Origin: Candidatus Kerfeldbacteria bacterium
GTDB taxonomy: Bacteria; Patescibacteriota; Patescibacteriia; UBA10025; JAHIVO01
Reading direction: 5' to 3'
Length of the DNA stretch: 64,000 nucleotides
Assembly: GCA_047946875.1 (NCBI GenBank)
Contig: CP181398.1
Coordinates: forward strand, 905,041 to 969,040
Both the position numbers and the translations under genes were made by a program. Positions 57,560 through 64,000 of the stretch are shown here, in pieces; within the stretch, counting starts at the first letter, position 1, and every line of letters begins with the position of its first letter. The notes beneath the pieces were generated by a model, which searched no databases, was not told the origin of the DNA, and worked only from the letters and a program-made list of their open reading frames with translations.

Positions 57560-59140
57560 TTAAGTAGTTTTTAAACTAGCAACTGCTTGTTCAAAATGAT
57601 CTAAACCAGAAGCTACAATAGCATCTACATCAGCTGTGCTACCTGCACTACAATCAATAGTTAAAATACCGTTATCTCTTTTGACAGTAAGAATTTTGAA
57701 TTTATCTTCACTATGAACAATTTCCGTAATTCCTCTAATCTTATCAACTCTTAATAGTTCATATCCTTTTTTCTCAAATTCTTCAATCAAAAAATCTCTC
57801 ATAGCTAAAATAAAATGTGGAGATTGTTTTAATACTCTATATGGTTCTATCACTTCAATATTATCTTCTTCTGGAGGGTTCTTGAGACCAGATTTTGGAT
57901 TCTTAAATAATGGAATCAAAATCATTGGCGCCATCAAAGTAGTAATCAAAGTCATCATTATAGCTACCCCAAATATCTCACCACTGATAATCCCAGCTGA
58001 TAAACCAATCCCAGCAACAATTAAAGCAACCTCACCACGTGGCAACATTCCAATACCGATTCTCATTGAACCTAAAAAATTAAATCCTGTAAACAAAGCC
58101 GGTAAACCAGAACCAAGAACTTTACCAATAACTGCAAAAACGCTAATTACCAAACCAAATACTAGTACAGCTCCCATAGCTTGAAAATCAACCAAAGTAC
58201 CCATGATCGCAAAAAATACCGGCACAATCAAATGCGAAGCGCCAGCTAATTTTTCTTCAAGCTCCTTACCAACCTTGGTAACTGATAATAAAATACCAGC
58301 TAAGTAAGCTCCGATAATCATAGCTAAACCAAACATTTCAGCAACAGCAGCAACTGCGAAACAAATTGCAGCGGCGATAGCCATATAAGATTTACCATCT
58401 AATTTTAACAGAACATTTGAAAGCTTCTTGCCAAAAAACCAACCTATTAAAGTCATACCTCCAAGAAATCCAACTGCTTTCAGTCCAATCGTTCCTAACT
58501 GAACCCAAGAGAATCCATCCCCACCTTCAGCACCACCACCAGCTAGTGACAAAACCAAAGCTAATATTAATATACCAATAACATCATCAATCACAGCGGC
58601 AGCTAAAATAGTAACACCTTCCTGAGTATCAAGCTTATACATATCAGATAAAACTCTGGCTGTAATACCTACAGAAGTCGCTACCATGATCGCCCCCATA
58701 AATAAGGCTGAAGTATCCATTATATTATCAGCGAAACCAAACATCATTGTTCCCCAAACACCTAGGAAAAATGGTAAAACCACACCACCAAGCGCAATGC
58801 CTAATGACTTCATGCCATATTTAATAAATAATTTAGCGTCAGTCTCTAAACCTACTAAGAATAATAGTAAAATAGCTCCAATCTGACCAAAGAAATATAA
58901 TTCAGTAGAAATTGGTAATGTTGAAACATGCTCACCGACTGATTCAATCACTGGAAATAATTTTCCAATAAATGGTAATGTGATCGCACCTAAAGCAAAT
59001 GGTCCGACGACCATACCACCGATCAATTCACCAAGAACTTCAGATTGTTTAAATTTTTTAAATAGTAAGCCAAATAATTTGGCGGCCATTAGCAATACTG
59101 CTAACTGAAGCACGAGATGTGCTAATTCTTCCGGATCCAT
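57560..59140 (-). CDS. Cation:proton antiporter (CPA2/Kef-type) with a C-terminal soluble domain
   Basis: About 12 TM helices in a Na+/H+-exchanger-family sequence, followed by a roughly 110-aa soluble tail. Confidence 0.7.
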   Translation of the reverse strand: MDPEELAHLVLQLAVLLMAAKLFGLLFKKFKQSEVLGELIGGMVVGPFALGAITLPFIGKLFPVIESVGEHVSTLPISTELYFFGQIGAILLLFLVGLETDAKLFIKYGMKSLGIALGGVVLPFFLGVWGTMMFGFADNIMDTSALFMGAIMVATSVGITARVLSDMYKLDTQEGVTILAAAVIDDVIGILILALVLSLAGGGAEGGDGFSWVQLGTIGLKAVGFLGGMTLIGWFFGKKLSNVLLKLDGKSYMAIAAAICFAVAAVAEMFGLAMIIGAYLAGILLSVTKVGKELEEKLAGASHLIVPVFFAIMGTLVDFQAMGAVLVFGLVISVFAVIGKVLGSGLPALFTGFNFLGSMRIGIGMLPRGEVALIVAGIGLSAGIISGEIFGVAIMMTLITTLMAPMILIPLFKNPKSGLKNPPEEDNIEVIEPYRVLKQSPHFILAMRDFLIEEFEKKGYELLRVDKIRGITEIVHSEDKFKILTVKRDNGILTIDCSAGSTADVDAIVASGLDHFEQAVASLKTT

Positions 59141-59329
59141 AGTTTTGTTTTTTTAATTTTAATTAATAATGAAATTTTTAAAAAAAGCCCGTTTCAACCG
59201 AACTATTTAAATATTATGATACTCTTTTGCATGAAAGAGTCAAGACTCAGCGAATTTTAATATGAGATAAAATAAAAACTGCCAAAATAAACGGTTTTTT
59301 AATATTTTTATACAAATATTACCAAATAA

Positions 59330-59362
59330 AAAAACCAACTTATAATAAGTTGGTTTTGTGAT
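59330..59362 (-). terminator. Rho-independent terminator of the sigma-like gene (aaccaactt-ataat-aagttggtt followed by TTTTTTT on the minus strand)
   Basis: 9-bp stem plus T-run. Confidence 0.6.
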
Positions 59363-59390
59363 AATGATCAATGCGTTTAATTATGCAACA

Positions 59391-60728
59391 TTAAGGAGCA
59401 ACGGCCATCAAATGTTTTGCATAGTCAGGCATATCATTTTTGAAAATATTACCCGTCATATCTATTCTCACGGAATCCATACCAATCCCTTGAAGATCGA
59501 TTAATCTCAGTCCCTTGAATTGTACAAGACACAATTTTCTAAGAACCCTTATAGCTAATGTATGAACCTGTGAAGCTCTTGATTCAGATACACTCAAAAC
59601 TTCACCAATCTCCCTCAATGTCATCTCTTCAAAATAATATAGATAGATAACAGATGACTGTTGGAAGTTCAGTTTTTCTTTTATCGCATCAAGAACATAG
59701 TCAACAACCTGTTGCTTCGAAATAACCGAAGTTATGCTGGGAAGGTCAGAACTTATTGTCTCAATTCGCGGGACCTGCCTATTATCATTCTCCCGATATA
59801 TGATTTCATCTAAGGATAGAACTAATCCCTGTTTCAGGTCTGCCATTTGAAGCAATAATCTTTCCGGCGTTATTCCCATTTTTTCAGCAATGAGCTCTGT
59901 CATTTCCGGTCTGTCACCCAAATCGTTTAGTAACCTACTATAGGTTTTTTCAATTTCACGATGAGAAGATCGAGTTGATCTAGGGACCCAGTCAAGCATA
60001 CGCACAGAATCAAGAATTGCACCCCTGATTCTCGGAGTGGCATATGTTTGGAACTTGACTCCGGCATATGGATTAAACTCGTCTATTGCTTCAGACAATC
60101 CTATAACACCATCATGTATCAAATCCTTCAGTTCCACGGATCTTGGAAATCCCATTGCCAATCGTGTGGCAACGCTATTAACAATAAATAGATAGCGTAG
60201 CATAAACTGCTGTTTGACCTTAGCTTTATAGCCATTGTCATGCCTTATGCGTAGAAAGTATATCCACCTCTTGTTAGACTGCATCAGATAATCAAACCGT
60301 GAAGGATATTTAGAACTTCCGTCCTCAACAAGCTCAAAATTGTTCATTTTTTGTGCAGTCCAAAACCACATAAAAATCATGAACGCTTTTTTTACTGCCC
60401 TTGCTGGGTTGGAAGGAAAATTAACCATACATCTCGCTTCTTTAACAAGCTCCTCAAGATCAACGTAAGTTATTATCCCTCCATGATTTCCGGCAAAATG
60501 AATAACGGATTTAAGCCATCTGTTAGCCATAGTTACCCTATGAAATTCACTCCCGCCTAATGGTTTAAATTTGACATTGTCAATCCATTGAGAAATACCA
60601 AATTCTGGGCCAAGCCATCCTCTTTTTTTTGCGATAGATCTAACGCCCCTCTTAGAAACATTCCCCATGCTGTTTCTTATTATCCTCAATAACTCCAACG
60701 CATTCACATTAGCTTCCTGCTTGTTCAT
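59391..60728 (-). CDS. sigma70-family factor (regions 2, 3 and 4 recognisable) with a roughly 190-aa N-terminal domain of unknown type; GC above background
   Basis: Region 2 (DLIHDGVIGLSEAIDEFNPYAGVKFQTYATPRIRGAILD) and region 4.2 (MTLREIGEVLSVSESRASQVHTLAIRVLRKL) match FliA/SigF-like sigma factors. The N-terminal 190 aa do not resemble sigma regions 1.1/1.2. Confidence 0.55.
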   Translation of the reverse strand: MNKQEANVNALELLRIIRNSMGNVSKRGVRSIAKKRGWLGPEFGISQWIDNVKFKPLGGSEFHRVTMANRWLKSVIHFAGNHGGIITYVDLEELVKEARCMVNFPSNPARAVKKAFMIFMWFWTAQKMNNFELVEDGSSKYPSRFDYLMQSNKRWIYFLRIRHDNGYKAKVKQQFMLRYLFIVNSVATRLAMGFPRSVELKDLIHDGVIGLSEAIDEFNPYAGVKFQTYATPRIRGAILDSVRMLDWVPRSTRSSHREIEKTYSRLLNDLGDRPEMTELIAEKMGITPERLLLQMADLKQGLVLSLDEIIYRENDNRQVPRIETISSDLPSITSVISKQQVVDYVLDAIKEKLNFQQSSVIYLYYFEEMTLREIGEVLSVSESRASQVHTLAIRVLRKLCLVQFKGLRLIDLQGIGMDSVRIDMTGNIFKNDMPDYAKHLMAVAP

Positions 60729-60819
60729 GACACGTATTGCCTCCTTGTTATTTTTGTTTATTAATGTTCATTTTTTATTAAACAAACTTAACAATTAACT
60801 TATACTTTGTCAATGCAAT

Positions 60820-60852
60820 AAAAAAAGGGTAGATATTTAATCTGACCCTTTT
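60820..60852 (-). terminator. Terminator after the zinc-ribbon gene (aagggt...accctt followed by TTTTTTT on the minus strand)
   Basis: 6-bp stem plus T-run. A promoter-like TTGACA, 17-nt spacer, TAAGTT follows before the sigma-like gene. Confidence 0.45.
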
Positions 60853-60853
60853 A

Positions 60854-61165
60854 TTAACCACGTAGGTTAATTTCTACTATTGAGACTGCTTTGTTAGTAC
60901 CGTCACAGCAACTACATGATGCTGTTTGGAAGAAAACATCAGATAAATTATCAGGCAATTGCTGATCAATATCAGCGGATAATAATTCGACTCCTTTTTG
61001 AGTCTGTTCTAATATGTTTCCACATCCAGTACAAAACGAGTACATTACAGATTCAGGCCCCTCCAGAGGCTCTTGTAACCTAATATAATTAGGCTTGAAT
61101 CCTCCGATTGCCTTAGCTATACCTGTCTTTCCTAACATGTTTCCTTTGTTAATGTGATCATTCAA
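60854..61165 (-). CDS. Small C4 zinc-ribbon protein (hypothetical; possible regulatory partner of the adjacent sigma-like factor)
   Basis: 103 aa with a CTGCG...CSCCDG Cys cluster. It is adjacent to the sigma-like gene on the same strand and has elevated GC. Confidence 0.4.
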   Translation of the reverse strand: MNDHINKGNMLGKTGIAKAIGGFKPNYIRLQEPLEGPESVMYSFCTGCGNILEQTQKGVELLSADIDQQLPDNLSDVFFQTASCSCCDGTNKAVSIVEINLRG

Positions 61166-61231
61166 TGTATGTCCTCCTATAACAATAATGAATGTTTCGC
61201 GAAAACCACCTTAACTAATATTGAATATTTT

Positions 61232-61266
61232 GTCAACCCACCTCTTTAATTAAAGAGCTGGTCAAC
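61232..61266. promoter_or_regulatory. Perfect 16-bp palindrome CTCTTTAATTAAAGAG flanked by TTGAC motifs; candidate operator/promoter for the zinc-ribbon and sigma-like cluster
   Basis: On the minus strand it reads GTTGACCAG-CTCTTTAATTAAAGAG-GTGGGTTGAC, about 70-100 nt upstream of the zinc-ribbon gene start. Confidence 0.4.
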
Positions 61267-61275
61267 CCCTAAATT

Positions 61276-61836
61276 TTATGCAACTGAAACTTCTTTTTTA
61301 TTTATATAGGGCTTAAATTTTACTGCAATCTCAAGAGCATGATCATTTAAAACTTTTTTATAATCATCATCCTTTGGATCAAGACCGTCGTGTGGTACCA
61401 AAATTACCATATCTGCCCGGTAATCCATTTTATTTGGGTTTGTAGTTAAATCAATAGTAACTCTTACGATATCTTTTGGATTATTCTCTGGATCAACTTG
61501 AAACTCAAAAAAACAATCAATACTATGATATTGATCTAACGAAGATCCGACAGCTGTATAATATTTTAATTGACTATAATCTTCTAATCCTAGTTCATCG
61601 GCTATAGTTGCATGTAAATCATATGCGAACCAAGCATGAGGATCAGTAGGATCGCCAATTTGGTTTTCCTTCACATAATCCAAAGCATCATCAAATTTCT
61701 GATAACTTGTTTCACCAGACGATTGCTGTTCTTGAGTTTTCTTCACTCCACCAAGCATATTGTTTTCTACAAGCTTACCACTAGGTCCGTCATAATTAAA
61801 ACTAATTCCACCTCCTTCTACTCCTCGTTTTGCCAT
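61276..61836 (-). CDS. Hypothetical protein (first gene of the sigma-like cluster)
   Basis: 186-aa ORF with no recognisable motif. Confidence 0.4.
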   Translation of the reverse strand: MAKRGVEGGGISFNYDGPSGKLVENNMLGGVKKTQEQQSSGETSYQKFDDALDYVKENQIGDPTDPHAWFAYDLHATIADELGLEDYSQLKYYTAVGSSLDQYHSIDCFFEFQVDPENNPKDIVRVTIDLTTNPNKMDYRADMVILVPHDGLDPKDDDYKKVLNDHALEIAVKFKPYINKKEVSVA

Positions 61837-61947
61837 ATATTTTAATATAATTATTTACTAATTAAATTATATTAACAGTATACCAAATTATATACAATAC
61901 CACCCGAATTTATTTGTATCTAAAATATATGTTATATTATATACACT

Positions 61948-63906
61948 ATGAAATTTAAGATTCAATCAAAATTTAAACCTACTGGCGACCAACCGCAAGC
62001 AATTAAAAAACTCACCGCTGGTATTAAAAAGGGGCTAACCCATCAAACACTACTTGGTGTTACTGGATCAGGTAAAACCTTTACCATGGCTAATGTTATT
62101 GAAAAAATACAACAGCCAACTTTAATAATGTCCCATAATAAAACATTGGCAGCACAACTTGCTTCAGAACTACAAGACTTCTTCCCTAATAACGCCGTGC
62201 ACTATTTCGTCTCTTATTATGATTACTATCAACCAGAAGCATATATCCCACGTAGCGATACATATATAGAGAAGACGACTTCTATCAATGAAGAGATTGA
62301 TCGACTAAGACATGCTTCCACCCAAGCACTACTATCTAGAGATGATGTAATTATAGTATCTTCAGTCTCAGCTATTTATGGCTTAGGATCGCCTATCGAA
62401 TACAAAAGAGATGCTCTTAAATTGATAAAAGGTCAGAATGAATTACGTGATAATATTTTAACTAACCTAGTAAATATTCACTACCAACGCAATCAAACAG
62501 ATCTCTGGCGAAACAAATTCAGAATCAAAGGAGAAGTCTTAGAGATATTTCCATCTTCCTCTGAAAACAATTTTTATCGGATTCAATTCTTCGGTGATCT
62601 GATAGAAAAAATTACTGAGATAGATTCTCTTACTCAGAAAGTTATTGCCGAACATGATGAAGTAGAGATTTATCCAGCTAGGCATTATCTTGCACCAGAC
62701 GAAGCTATGAAAAAGGCTTTGAAACAAATAGAACAAGACATGAAGAAACAAGTGGCTAAATTTACTAAGGAAAACAAATTGATTGAAGCTCAACGTCTAG
62801 AACAGAGAACGCGCTATGACATAGAAATGATTAAACAAATAGGTTACTGCAATGGCATCGAGAATTACTCTAGATACTTCGACCAACGCAAACCTGGCGA
62901 ACCCCCTTCTACCTTGATAGATTTTTTTCCTAAAGATTATCTGATGTTTATAGATGAGTCTCATATGACCATCCCTCAAATTCGTGGCATGTATTTTGGG
63001 GATAAAGCTCGAAAAGAAACATTAGTAAGTTTTGGTTTTAGACTTCCGGCTGCACTAGATAATAGACCATTAAAGTTTGAAGAATTTAATAAAAAAATAA
63101 ATCAGTTAACTTATGTATCTGCCACTCCAAGTGACTACGAAGCAGAATGGTCAAAGCAAACCGCCGAACAATTAGTCAGACCAACTGGTCTTCTAGACCC
63201 AACCATAGAAATAAGAGAAACAACCAATCAAATTGATAACCTTATTGGCGAAATAAAAAAAACCATAGCTAAAAAACAACGCGTCTTAATAACCACTTTG
63301 ACAAAACGTATGTCCGAAGATTTAACAGAATATCTGGCCGATTTAGATATTAAGGTTCAGTATATTCATTCTGAAGTAGATACACTAGAACGCTTAGAAA
63401 TTTTGCGTGATTTGCGCTTAGGAAAATACGACGTACTAATAGGCATAAATCTACTCAGAGAAGGTCTTGATCTACCAGAAGTGTCCTTAATAGCTATTCT
63501 AGACGCTGACAAGGAGGGCTTCCTCAGATCTGAGACCGCTCTTGTCCAAACTATGGGTCGAGCTGCCAGACACCAAGAAGGTCATATAATCATGTATGCA
63601 GACTCAGTAACTGGTTCGATGGATAGAGCTATCAAAGAAACAACCAGAAGAAGAAAATATCAAAAAACATATAATAAAAAACATGGCATTACTCCTACTT
63701 CTATCAATAAGGAAATTAAAGAATCTAGGCTAGCAGGCTCGAAGAAAGAGGTTAAAGAATTTATGTTTAAAAATACACCTAAAGAAGAAATTCCTCATCT
63801 AATAGCGGATTTAGACAGTAAAATGGAAATTGCTTCTAGGAATTTAGAATTCGAAAAAGCAGCTACCTTTAGAGATGAGATAGCTATGCTCAAAAAAATT
63901 AAGTAG
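61948..63906 (+). CDS. uvrB: Excinuclease ABC subunit B
   Basis: 652 aa with the Walker A motif GVTGSGKTFT, helicase motifs and a C-terminal UVR domain. Confidence 0.95.
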   Translation: MKFKIQSKFKPTGDQPQAIKKLTAGIKKGLTHQTLLGVTGSGKTFTMANVIEKIQQPTLIMSHNKTLAAQLASELQDFFPNNAVHYFVSYYDYYQPEAYIPRSDTYIEKTTSINEEIDRLRHASTQALLSRDDVIIVSSVSAIYGLGSPIEYKRDALKLIKGQNELRDNILTNLVNIHYQRNQTDLWRNKFRIKGEVLEIFPSSSENNFYRIQFFGDLIEKITEIDSLTQKVIAEHDEVEIYPARHYLAPDEAMKKALKQIEQDMKKQVAKFTKENKLIEAQRLEQRTRYDIEMIKQIGYCNGIENYSRYFDQRKPGEPPSTLIDFFPKDYLMFIDESHMTIPQIRGMYFGDKARKETLVSFGFRLPAALDNRPLKFEEFNKKINQLTYVSATPSDYEAEWSKQTAEQLVRPTGLLDPTIEIRETTNQIDNLIGEIKKTIAKKQRVLITTLTKRMSEDLTEYLADLDIKVQYIHSEVDTLERLEILRDLRLGKYDVLIGINLLREGLDLPEVSLIAILDADKEGFLRSETALVQTMGRAARHQEGHIIMYADSVTGSMDRAIKETTRRRKYQKTYNKKHGITPTSINKEIKESRLAGSKKEVKEFMFKNTPKEEIPHLIADLDSKMEIASRNLEFEKAATFRDEIAMLKKIK

Positions 63907-64000
63907 TAATATTAGAGATCGCTTCCCCCTCGACTTTCTCGGGTTCGCGATGACGGGGTTATTTATTAATTGTCATTGCGAGAAATGGAATGACGAAGCA

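Noticed and set aside
1-64000. CRISPR arrays, rRNA genes, transposase or integrase genes
   Set aside because: No regularly spaced direct repeats, no rRNA-like conserved blocks and no transposase or integrase-like ORFs were seen. The repeats present are dispersed and hairpin-forming, not arrayed.

Overview
This is a 64-kb, AT-rich (roughly 30% GC) bacterial chromosomal segment with small, tightly packed genes. The gene content (rpoB-rpoC, recA, ftsK, uvrB, metK, glyA, folD, rpsF-ssb-rpsR, efp, trpS, RNase J, an Elp3-like radical-SAM/GNAT protein, FG-GAP and metzincin-like secreted proteins, many small membrane proteins, no biosynthetic operons) and the composition suggest a reduced-genome organism, possibly Patescibacteria/CPR. 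That assignment is inference from composition and gene content only. I found about 60 protein-coding genes, one tRNA-Leu(CAG), a textbook SAM-I riboswitch plus intrinsic terminator in front of metK, and a roughly 310-nt unclassified structured RNA with a near-consensus sigma70 promoter and a strong terminator. The non-coding DNA is unusually rich in repeated, GC-rich, hairpin-forming elements. (1) A modular upstream element (R1) with a TGn-extended -10 box, together with a conserved terminator, is reused around a cassette-like array of small paralogous membrane/secreted protein genes at 3.2-7.3 kb. (2) A 152-bp element occurs twice (8.6 kb and 21.6 kb) at 95% identity, contains strong hairpins, and contains an 11-nt exact match to RNase P CR-I (GAGGAAAGTCC). 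(3) Related structured elements lie upstream of cutA and ruvA. (4) Short GC-rich repeats lie at 35.8 kb and 54.0 kb. Three blocks have clearly elevated GC and look acquired: two hypothetical membrane/lipoprotein genes at 24.6-26.6 kb, a polytopic membrane protein at 52.7-53.6 kb, and a three-gene cluster at 59.4-61.8 kb. That cluster encodes a sigma70-family protein with a roughly 190-aa N-terminal extension that lacks primary-sigma regions 1.1/1.2, a C4 zinc-ribbon protein and a hypothetical protein, preceded by a perfect 16-bp palindrome flanked by TTGAC motifs. I count this cluster among the best candidates in the window for an undescribed regulatory module. My manual coordinates for non-CDS elements may be off by a few nt. 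CDS coordinates follow the supplied ORF track, sometimes with adjusted starts.
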